Shown here one piece after another: positions 31,512-39,714 of a stretch of DNA of 64,000 nt. The stretch is taken from positions 5,088,001 through 5,152,000 of the forward strand of contig OZ242296.1 of assembly GCA_965207735.1 (NCBI GenBank), read 5' to 3'. Numbering within the stretch: the stretch's first letter is position 1; each line of letters begins with the position of its first letter. Below the pieces are notes generated by a model. It saw only the letters and a list, made by a program, of their open reading frames with translations. It made no database searches and was not told the origin of the DNA. Origin of the DNA: Candidatus Versatilivorator sp. GTDB lineage: Bacteria > Acidobacteriota > Terriglobia > Versatilivoradales > Versatilivoraceae. Both the position numbers and the translations under genes were made by a program.

Positions 31512-31646
31512 CCGTCTGATCCAATCCAAGTGCGGTCGCGACTGAACGGGTACTAGCCGGGCACATCCCTTACACAATAAACTGCGAAGGTCGTAGGCAC
31601 CGGGCCAAGGTTTCGGGGCAAGGAGGACGACCGTTCAACCATCCGC

Positions 31647-32183
31647 TCAGCGTCTTCGTCGCCGGCCTTCCCGCTTGCGGGGGCCGGTTGAACCTGCATC
31701 TGCCCCTTGCGTTGGTGTCGGTTTTCTCAACGCCGTGGCTCGGCGGGCGGTCAGAAGAACCGCAATGAAAAGGAACAGCGCCCCGACGGGAACCAGCAGG
31801 ATTCCCAGTCCGGGGTCGCCACCGTGGATCACTACGCCGCCCAGAAAAAATCCTCCCGGCAGGCAGAACGTGGCGCCCATCAGGCAGGGCGAAGCCAGAC
31901 GAGCCAGGCGCACCGTGTCTGCCGCCAAATGAGGCAAGGTAACCGCAAAGGCCAGGTTGACCAGGGAGAGCAGGACTCCGTGTGCATGGGCCAGGGTCCA
32001 CATGAACCGCCGGGTTTCGTTGGCCACGTCCAGGTACCAACCCACCTTGAATCCGTGCAGGGATTCAAGCACGATTCCCAGGGTCAGGAAGCAGAGCAGG
32101 GACCACCACCCGAAGCGCAAGTGGCGGCGGAGGTAGGCGGCGGTGGCGGTTTCAGCGGCTGTAGGGGTTGAATCCGGTTCCAC
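31647..32183 (-). CDS. Hypothetical four-helix membrane protein
   Basis: About 4 hydrophobic segments with His motifs (ESLHG, LAHAHG); downstream of the multiheme gene. Confidence 0.75.
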   Translation of the reverse strand: MEPDSTPTAAETATAAYLRRHLRFGWWSLLCFLTLGIVLESLHGFKVGWYLDVANETRRFMWTLAHAHGVLLSLVNLAFAVTLPHLAADTVRLARLASPCLMGATFCLPGGFFLGGVVIHGGDPGLGILLVPVGALFLFIAVLLTARRATALRKPTPTQGADAGSTGPRKREGRRRRR

Positions 32184-32224
32184 TGCTCAATGCCTCCCGT
32201 TCCGTTATCTCGGGATGAGGGGTG

Positions 32225-34114
32225 TTATTCGGCCAGGCTGACGACCCGGTCGTCCCGCTGGCGCAGCAAGCGTTCCTGCAAATGTCGGCGCACGGCCCCC
32301 TCGGCATCGATGAGGACCTCCGGCCTGTCCGGTTCATGAGGAAGGTCCTGCCAGCGTTCCAGGACCTCTTTATGGGCTGCCGCCCTCACTTGGGGGGCAC
32401 CGAAGAATTCATAGTTCCAGTCGGCGAAGGCCTCCGACCGCCTCAGGGAGCGTGCGGCAATGAAGCGTACGGCATCGTAGGGATCTTCCAGGAGCTGTCC
32501 CAGGTGGGGCGGCATCCAGTCAGATCCCGAAGCTTGGCGAGCCGAATCCCACCCCAGGCTCCAGGCCATCAAGGCCCGCTGCCCGGCGTCGCCGCGCAGC
32601 AGCCACAACAGGGAGGCCGCCACCGAGCGTTCCTCCCGCGATAGCTTGGGCTTGGGGACATCGTACCACTCTTCCAGGTGAGAAGCCGCCCAGTCCAGGG
32701 TCTTGTCCAGGTGACACTGGTTGCAGGCGTTGGGACGTCCGGTCTGCAGACTGGCCTGGACGGTGGGCGTGTCGATCTGGTGGCTTCGGATGGCCTTGAG
32801 GATTCCGTAGGTGGTGTAGGGCATGTGGCAGTTGTAGCACCGGCTGCCGGTGGAGGCCGGCGGGTGGTGGGTATGGGCCGGGGTTTCGAAGCGAGCCGAG
32901 TCATGGCACTGCAGACAGGCCTGGTTGCCCCGCATACCTGGCTTGAGCTGGTCGACGGCCCACAGGCTCAGCGGCCTGGGATCCTCCGGCGACTGGTGCA
33001 TGGCGTGGCAGGAAAGGCAGGACAGCTCCCCCCGCTGAAAGCAGGGGGTCTCGATCAGGCCGTTGTACTCTCTGCCCGAGACGCGAACCATGCCGTCCGA
33101 CCAGAACTTCTCCTCCCAGTAGGTGGGTTTGCGCTTGGCCAGTTGCTGCAGCCGTGGCTGCTGCCTGTCCTGGAGTCGCACCACCAGCTTGGTCTCCGAA
33201 AGCACCTGGCCGGGCCGGTAGGGATAGCCGTGGTCCATCCACTGCTGGAAGTCGTCCTTCTCGTAGAATTCCAGGATTCCATGACACTGGCCGCAGACCT
33301 GGGAGGAAAGTTCATGAGAGAGGCGAGCCGGTTGAACGATGGAGGGGTCGGCGGTCCCATTCAGGTGAAAGCCGTAGCGGCGCAAGGGATTGCGGTTGAG
33401 CAGCACGTGGGCCTCGCCGGGCCCGTGGCAGGCCTCACAGGAGATGCCGAACTCGGCCACCCGGGTATCGAAGCTCAAATCGGTCAAGGCCACCTTGGAG
33501 CGTCCCCAGTCGGGTGAACGGGTTTTCCCCTGGGTGGTGTGGCACTTGATGCAGGCCATGTTCCAGGCGCCGGGCAGAGCCGACTTGATCTCGGGCGCGG
33601 GCGGGGTGAGGAAAGTGGCGTTGCGGGGAATCCACTGCTGTTCCTCGATCAGGTAAATGTAGGGAATCTGACCCAGCTTGCGGCTGTGTCCGGTCGCATA
33701 CCAGTAGACCTGCATGTGGTGGGAGCCGGTAATCATGGCCAACCGAAGGCGACGGGGCCGGCCGGCCGGACCGGCGTTGTCCATCTGGAACCATACGTCG
33801 CGACCCTGTCGCAGCAGGCGAAAAGTCTGGCCCAAAAAGGAAAAGGGCTGGTTGATGGGCCCCGCCACCGTATCGGCGTCGGCCACCTGGGTCATGGTTC
33901 GGTGGAAGGAACCGTACCAGGTGCTGTAGTTGTGGGGATGGCAGGACTGACAGGCCTGAGAAGAGGTGTAGCTGTCTTCCCGGACCTGGATGGGCCGATT
34001 CCGCGGGATCCAGTCCTGGGCCGCTCGGCGGTAGTCGGAGAGGTTGCAGGCAGCCAGGAAGAGGACCAGCAGCAACGTCACCGCCTGGCAAATTCGGCTG
34101 AGCCGGTCACCCAT
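32225..34114 (-). CDS. Octaheme cytochrome c lipoprotein with C-terminal helical (HEAT-like) region
   Basis: FLAAC lipobox; 8 CxxCH (CQSCH, CIKCH, CEACH, CGQCH, CLSCH, CLQCH, CYNCH, CNQCH). Confidence 0.88.
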   Translation of the reverse strand: MGDRLSRICQAVTLLLVLFLAACNLSDYRRAAQDWIPRNRPIQVREDSYTSSQACQSCHPHNYSTWYGSFHRTMTQVADADTVAGPINQPFSFLGQTFRLLRQGRDVWFQMDNAGPAGRPRRLRLAMITGSHHMQVYWYATGHSRKLGQIPYIYLIEEQQWIPRNATFLTPPAPEIKSALPGAWNMACIKCHTTQGKTRSPDWGRSKVALTDLSFDTRVAEFGISCEACHGPGEAHVLLNRNPLRRYGFHLNGTADPSIVQPARLSHELSSQVCGQCHGILEFYEKDDFQQWMDHGYPYRPGQVLSETKLVVRLQDRQQPRLQQLAKRKPTYWEEKFWSDGMVRVSGREYNGLIETPCFQRGELSCLSCHAMHQSPEDPRPLSLWAVDQLKPGMRGNQACLQCHDSARFETPAHTHHPPASTGSRCYNCHMPYTTYGILKAIRSHQIDTPTVQASLQTGRPNACNQCHLDKTLDWAASHLEEWYDVPKPKLSREERSVAASLLWLLRGDAGQRALMAWSLGWDSARQASGSDWMPPHLGQLLEDPYDAVRFIAARSLRRSEAFADWNYEFFGAPQVRAAAHKEVLERWQDLPHEPDRPEVLIDAEGAVRRHLQERLLRQRDDRVVSLAE

Positions 34115-34233
34115 CCTTGCGCCCCCTTGCGACCCCCGCCCTGTGGTACGGATCATGCGAGAAAAAACAACGAATCTTCATAGCCGGTCGGCAACAAGGA
34201 CCCTGTTCCCTTAGCACGGTTTTCTACCTATTG

Positions 34234-34386
34234 AACATCGATGCACAGGATTAACAGGATTAACAGGACGAGAGCTTCCTGCACCAGAAGCCAACTCGGG
34301 CGATGATCCGGTGCGGATTTGCGGATTCCCGGCATTGGAAGCCAGCCGTTTCCTGAAGAATCCTGTGAATCCTGTGCATCGATGTT
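34234..34386. repeat. Family C element, copy 3
   Basis: AACATCGATGCACAGGATTAACAGGAT...ATCCTGTGAATCCTGTGCATCGATGTT. Confidence 0.88.
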
Positions 34387-34603
34387 AATGATCTCTTTAA
34401 ATCACGATGGGGTCGGAAGCCCCCCACTGGCTCCGCCGCGGTCCTTGTTGCTTCTTCGCGGACAAATCCTCTTTGTCCCTTGTGTCCTTCGTTGACCCCC
34501 TTGCCGACCTTCGCCCCATCCCTCTTGAGCCTTCTCCAGCGCCTTCGTGGATCACTCCTTTTTCTTTTGTTTCAGGAGAGCCGGTCTCCGGGGCGTCGCG
34601 CTT

Positions 34604-34700
34604 TCGGCCGTCTGCTGTCGCCGCCTTCGCGGCTCGACGTGGAGCTACCCCTTTCCATGGGCTCACGCCCACGGCTACCTGCTGCCGCCGCTCCGCGGCT
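34604..34700 (-). repeat. Family F REP-like hairpin cluster
   Basis: Reverse complement GCCGCGGAGCGGC..AGCCGTGGGCGTGAGCCCATGG..GCCGCGAAGGCGGCGAC; similar at 63214-63300 and 48049-48133. Confidence 0.75.
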
Positions 34701-34731
34701 CGATGGGTCGCCCGGGGATAATCAATCTCCA

Positions 34732-34920
34732 ACAAGTCCCGCCCCTGCCCTGCCGGGCGGATCATCCGAGGGTGAAACAATCAGAAATCGATTATCCTTT
34801 CGCGACCTTGGTACCCCGTCGCGGTCAACCTCAACGCCTTAGTGCCCCTTCGTCGTTCTTCGTGCCCCTTCGTGGATAAGTCTTTGTCTTTTGTCGTTTG
34901 TCGGTTGTTTCAGACAAGCC
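34732..34920 (-). repeat. Family A dispersed repeat, copy 3
   Basis: Reverse complement ...TTATCCACGAAGGGGCA|CGAAGAACGACGAAGGGGCACTAAGGCGTTGAGG...GGGCGGGACTTGT. Confidence 0.9.
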
Positions 34921-35069
34921 TTTTCTGCGCAGGAGAAATGATTGTACAGGAAGCCGGGATTCCCGGGAAATCCTGGCCGGTGCCGCCGCTACCCAGCCGA
35001 GTCGGAGCGGCAAGGTCCTTCCCAGGCCCGGATTAAACTCAGGCCCCACCGGCTCGTGTGCCTGCAGGC

Positions 35070-35103
35070 AAAAAAAAGCCCCGGCTCGGTGAGAGCCGGG
35101 GCT
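35070..35103 (-). terminator. Rho-independent terminator of the TonB receptor gene
   Basis: Stem GCCCCGGCTC/GAGCCGGGGC with 5-nt loop, followed by T8 on the minus strand, ~20 nt after the stop. Confidence 0.85.
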
Positions 35104-35123
35104 GGCGGAAAAGCTGCCTTCGA

Positions 35124-38100
35124 TTAGTACTCAAATGCAATGTTGAAACGCACCGATCGCATGCCCGCTCGCAACCCGGGCAGCCGGGTGGCGGTGGGCG
35201 AGTTGATGTTGAAGGCCGGCTGGTTGGGACTGTATCCCCAACTGGCGTAGTTGAAGGGGTTGTTGATCTGGGAGGAGAAGAGGATGTTCATGTTCTCTCC
35301 GATGGGGAAGTTCTTGAAGAGTCCCAGAGCCATCGAGAACACGTTGGGCGCCCGCAGGATGTTTCTCCCCGAGTTGCCGTAGCGCCCGATGTTGTTTTCA
35401 GGCACGGCAAAGGCGCCGGCATTGTACCAGTCGTCGTCGCTGCCGTCCGGTTTTACCCAGCTCTTCCAGGTTCCCACCAGATCGGGACGGCCCGACCTCC
35501 GTCCCAGTCCGGAGGGGTCGGGTCCGGAGTAGGAGACGCTGACGCCCTGGCCGGAGAGGATGTTGGTCTGGGTCGAGAGTTCCCAGCCTCCCAGGATCTG
35601 GTTCATGACCCCCGAAATCCCGGAGCCGAACTGCTGGCCTCTGCCGTAGGGGACTTGCCAGTGGACGTAGTTCACCGTGCGGAAGGGAGCCACGGCGCTG
35701 CTTTCGGCCCGGTCGCAGCGGCGGCAGTGAGGATTCTCGTTGGCGTTGCCGCGGTTGCTGTTGAACCGCACCTCCACCACGTCGGTCATCTGCTTGGACC
35801 AGGCCATGCCAATCTCCCCGGAGAAGCCGAAGACATTGCGGGGATAGATGACCGCCTCGAAGGCGTGGTAGGTGGCGCCGCCGCCGTTGTGGGTCTCGTT
35901 GATGGAGTTGTAGTTGCGAACCAGGCGGCGGTCGTCGCTCCAGGCCACGCCCGCCTGGGGCATGGGCAGATTGATGTCTCTCCGGTAGAACATCTGGGTC
36001 TCCTTGCTCCAGATGTAGGAGACCCGGGCCCGCTGCCCACCCACTTCGTTCTCGATGCTGATGTTCCCCTGCTGGGTGTAGGGCCAGACGGCGTCGGGGT
36101 TCACGTAGCTGAGGCTGGGGATGGGAGGAGCGCCCAGCACCGAGGGATCCGGCAGCCCCACCGGCCAGGTGAATTTGGGCTGGGCTCTACCGCTGCTGTT
36201 GTCCACGTTGTTGAAGGTGTAGGAGAGAGCGAAAGGTCCTCCGGTTTCGACAAAATCAAGCCGGGTCAGCCGCTGCATGATGGCGTACATGCCGTAGCCG
36301 GCCCGGATGACCAGCTTGTCGTCGAAGTTGGGCCGCCAGGCCAGACCGAAGCGAGGCTGGATTTTACTCTTGTCGACGTTCCACAGGCCGCTGGGCAACC
36401 CGGCCGCCGAGGCGGTGATGACGGGATTGCGGTCCAGCACCCAGAGCGGATCGATAAAGCCCATGGCGAATTCATCCGGAACCACGATCGCGTTTCGTTG
36501 CGGATCGTAGGTGTAGTGGAGTCCCAGCTCGTCGGTGGTGGGCGAAGATACGTCGTAGCGCACGCCGTAGGACAAGGTCAGGTTGGGAAGGACTCTGTAG
36601 GTGTCGGTGATGAACACCCCCACTGAATGGGCCTGCTTCACGATGATGGGCCGGAGGTTGCCCTTGCCCATGGTCGTGGGCATGCCCAGCAGAAAGTCGG
36701 CGTAGGGATTGCCGGTAAAGGCTCCGCTAAAGGTTTGAGTCCCCCAGTTGGTGCTCCAGACCCGGTTGGATTCGTCGGTGGGTCGCCGGATCTCGAATCC
36801 CGCCTGGATGCTGTGCTTGCCCTTGTACCAGGAGAGGGAGTCGCTCACCGTCCACTGATAGGTTCGGGTGAGATTGGTCCCCCAGCCGTTGAAGGGAGTG
36901 AACCCGGCGATCTGGAAATTGGGTCCCGAACTGGCCTCGCCGGAGTCAGGCGCCGTGATGCCGGTCAGACCCAGGTCCTTGAGCCTGGCTTCCGCCCAGG
37001 CGACGGTGTCAGCAGGATTGCCGCCCCGCGTGTAGTTCCGGTAGACGTTACAGGAGGCGCAGTTGTAGAAGCCGATGCGGAACTCGTTGACCAGCGTGGG
37101 CGAGAGGGTGTTGGTGGTGCCCAGGGCGAAGGTCTTGGCGCAGCAGCTCTGGTGGAAGGGCCCGGCCCAGTCGTACACCGAGCGGTCGTTGAAGCCCCCG
37201 GCGCCGTCCCAGGCATCGCTGTGCTCGGCATAGGAGGTCAGCACCTCGAAAGTCTCGGTTACCTTGTGGTCGAAGCGATAGTTGATCCTGCGGCCCCCGG
37301 ATGCCAGGTAGGTCCAGACGCCCGGCGCCCGGTTGGTGCCGGGTATGGGATCGCGCAGATAGGTGTTGAGCTTGACGGCGATGGGGTGAATGCGATCGGC
37401 GGGAATGATGTTTCCCGCGAAGTCCATACCGGTGACCGGGTCGACCAACTGCGTACCGAAGGAGGACAGGTCGCCGCTGCGCCAGGCTGTCTCGGGATGG
37501 ATCTGGCTCACCTGATTGTCGCCGGCATTGTTCTTGCGGGTGATGTAGGTGAGCATCCAGTAGGAACGGTTGCGGCCGTCATAGATCTTGGGGACCCAGG
37601 CGGGGCCGTTGACCACGAATCCGGCCTCCCATCGCCCCGTGCCGGCCCCCCGGTTGTGGTTGCGCGGGTTGAGGGCGTTCAGGGCGTTGTTGAACATGGT
37701 TCCCTCAATGCGGCCGTGGAAGCTGTTGGTGCCCCGCTTGGTGACGATCTGGATGTTGACCGGCGTCTGGAAGTTGGCCGGGGCCACCGTGTGGGTGACC
37801 TTGACTTCATCCACCGCATAGGAGGAGAGATAGAGACGATAGGCGTCCAGTTCCGCACCGTCCATGGACATGTGGGCCGAGCCCTCGCGAGTTCCGTGAT
37901 AGCCGAAGTAGCCGCCTGCCTGGGAAACGGTGGGCTGGCCGAAGGTCACTCCGGTGTTTTGAGCGCTGGGATTCCGGGTCCAGTACTTGCCGGCCCGGAC
38001 CGTGGACACGTCGGCGGTCTCGGTGACGATCACGGCCGCCTCGGCGGTGACGCTGATCTCGGTGGCGATGTCACCCACCTCGAGTTGCACGTCCACGCGG

Positions 38101-38417
38101 GCCGTACGGCCGGAGCCCACCACCACGCCGGTGTTGATGTAACGGTTGAAGCCCGCCATCTCGACTTCTACCGTGTAGCTGGCCGGAGGAATGGTGGAGA
38201 ACAGGTAGTTCCCGTCGCTTTCGGTAGTGAGCGTCCGCTCAACCGCGGTCAGCTCGGAGCGGAGAACGACGGTGGCTCCCACCACCACCGCCCCATCGGG
38301 GTCGGTCACGTTGCCGATGATGTTGCCGTTGAGGATCTGTCCGTAAAGGCTGCCGCTCATGGAAAGAGCAGCCAGCAGAGAAGCCAGAACGAAACCCTTG
38401 AACGTCTTGCTTAGCAT
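35124..38417 (-). CDS. TonB-dependent receptor-like outer membrane protein with carboxypeptidase regulatory-like N-domain
   Basis: Signal peptide, GNVTDPDGAVVVGATV, VTKRGTNSFHG, C-terminal FNIAFEY; AGGAGG RBS. Confidence 0.9.
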   Translation of the reverse strand: MLSKTFKGFVLASLLAALSMSGSLYGQILNGNIIGNVTDPDGAVVVGATVVLRSELTAVERTLTTESDGNYLFSTIPPASYTVEVEMAGFNRYINTGVVVGSGRTARVDVQLEVGDIATEISVTAEAAVIVTETADVSTVRAGKYWTRNPSAQNTGVTFGQPTVSQAGGYFGYHGTREGSAHMSMDGAELDAYRLYLSSYAVDEVKVTHTVAPANFQTPVNIQIVTKRGTNSFHGRIEGTMFNNALNALNPRNHNRGAGTGRWEAGFVVNGPAWVPKIYDGRNRSYWMLTYITRKNNAGDNQVSQIHPETAWRSGDLSSFGTQLVDPVTGMDFAGNIIPADRIHPIAVKLNTYLRDPIPGTNRAPGVWTYLASGGRRINYRFDHKVTETFEVLTSYAEHSDAWDGAGGFNDRSVYDWAGPFHQSCCAKTFALGTTNTLSPTLVNEFRIGFYNCASCNVYRNYTRGGNPADTVAWAEARLKDLGLTGITAPDSGEASSGPNFQIAGFTPFNGWGTNLTRTYQWTVSDSLSWYKGKHSIQAGFEIRRPTDESNRVWSTNWGTQTFSGAFTGNPYADFLLGMPTTMGKGNLRPIIVKQAHSVGVFITDTYRVLPNLTLSYGVRYDVSSPTTDELGLHYTYDPQRNAIVVPDEFAMGFIDPLWVLDRNPVITASAAGLPSGLWNVDKSKIQPRFGLAWRPNFDDKLVIRAGYGMYAIMQRLTRLDFVETGGPFALSYTFNNVDNSSGRAQPKFTWPVGLPDPSVLGAPPIPSLSYVNPDAVWPYTQQGNISIENEVGGQRARVSYIWSKETQMFYRRDINLPMPQAGVAWSDDRRLVRNYNSINETHNGGGATYHAFEAVIYPRNVFGFSGEIGMAWSKQMTDVVEVRFNSNRGNANENPHCRRCDRAESSAVAPFRTVNYVHWQVPYGRGQQFGSGISGVMNQILGGWELSTQTNILSGQGVSVSYSGPDPSGLGRRSGRPDLVGTWKSWVKPDGSDDDWYNAGAFAVPENNIGRYGNSGRNILRAPNVFSMALGLFKNFPIGENMNILFSSQINNPFNYASWGYSPNQPAFNINSPTATRLPGLRAGMRSVRFNIAFEY

Positions 38418-38892
38418 GGTGCCTCCTGAAACTCTATGGGTCTGAAATAGACCTCGGGATTGTCTCACTTGAGTACCGTATTTCGGTTGTAAGAACTTTT
38501 ACTGTTGCGAGTAGCTGCAATTTTCTTGCCAAAACTCCAAGGAGAGCAAAAAAAGTGCAAGGTACTCATTTTAGGATGTTTAGAGCCCACATTGCCTTTG
38601 GTGCCCGCACCCGTTTCTCGATTGAATCTACGAGATATTGAAGTGGCGTCGTACCTCCGTGGCCAATCCTTCTCGAATCGCGCAACAAGTTCCATGAAAT
38701 GAGTCACTTAAGATTTAACCGATCCGAATACGAAATTACGGAGCAGAATGGCGGTTGTTTCGGGTTTTCGAACTGTTTGGCAGCCGCTGGGCCGGGGATC
38801 CGGAGAGCATTGCGCTATCACAGCCGGAAGGCGCAGTCTCGCGGCTCGGCGCCCACCCCAATTTCCCAAAGGTCCCTTCAAAAAACTCAAGA

Positions 38893-39570
38893 ATCACTCC
38901 CCCTTGAGGGGGAGTCGGAGAGACAAGGGCTTCGCCCGCAGTCGATCCGGAGGGGGGCAGACGCGGCGTCGCGTAAGTGAGATTCAGCAGTGGGTAGGTG
39001 GCGCCGGCCAGGTTCCCCCCACCGCATCAGCCTTCGCCATTCGGCTCGGCTTCTGCGACTCCCCCACCGCAACCGACGCACGCCGGTGGTTACCGCTACG
39101 GCGCACAAGATCTCGCCTTTGGCTCGCCTTGTGCGAACCCCCCACCGCATCAGCCTTCGCCATTCGGCTCGGCTTCTGCGACTCCCCCACCGCAACCGAC
39201 GCACGCCAGCGGTTACCGCTACGGCGCACAAGATCTCGCCTTTGGCTCGCCTTGTGCGAACCCCCCACCGCATCAGCCTTCGCCATTCGGCTCGACTTCT
39301 GCGACTCCCCCTCGAGGGGGAGTGATATCCGTGTTATGAAGAGGGAACGGAGTTTATGCGGTAGACTGGGAACATGGTTTACATCATGCCCCGGGATCGG
39401 GCAAGAGGCTTGGTGCAGGCCTCAAGTATCACTCCCCCCTTGAGGGGGAGTCGGAGAGACAAGGGCGCAGCCCGCAGTCGATCCGGAGGGGGGCAAGCGC
39501 GGCGCCCCGAGAGTGACTACCAAAAGGCGCAGCCCGCGGTCGAGCCGGTGGGGGGCAAAACGCGGCGCCC
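38893..39570. repeat. Family P composite repeat with an internal 123-bp tandem duplication
   Basis: Units start at 39015, 39138 and 39261 (CCCCCCACCGCATCAGCCTTCGCCATTCGGCTCG...); three ACTCCCCC..GAGGGGGAGT palindromes. Confidence 0.9.
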
Positions 39571-39640
39571 CGTGACTGGAGTTCAGCTGCGATTGTGACA
39601 TCCGAACGGTACTCCCTGCGTCGTCGTACCGCCCCCGACC

Positions 39641-39670
39641 TTGACGCCCTCAACTGATTCTTCCCATAAT
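39641..39670 (+). promoter_or_regulatory. Putative sigma70 promoter upstream of the CRTAC1 genes
   Basis: TTGACG-18 nt-CATAAT. Confidence 0.4.
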
Positions 39671-39714
39671 TTGAACTGGATTCGGATTCGGCATCTGCAG
39701 GAGGAGTTCCTCCG

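Noticed and set aside
32225-34114. NrfA nitrite reductase call
   Set aside because: No CxxCK active-site motif, and no nrfH or other partner genes.
39015-39311. Possible CRISPR array
   Set aside because: The intervening segments are near-identical rather than unique spacers, the period is 123 bp, and no cas genes are present.
38748-39443. Repeat-containing ORFs (41-aa repeats)
   Set aside because: By-products of a 123-bp DNA repeat open in several frames on both strands; no RBS or protein-like composition.
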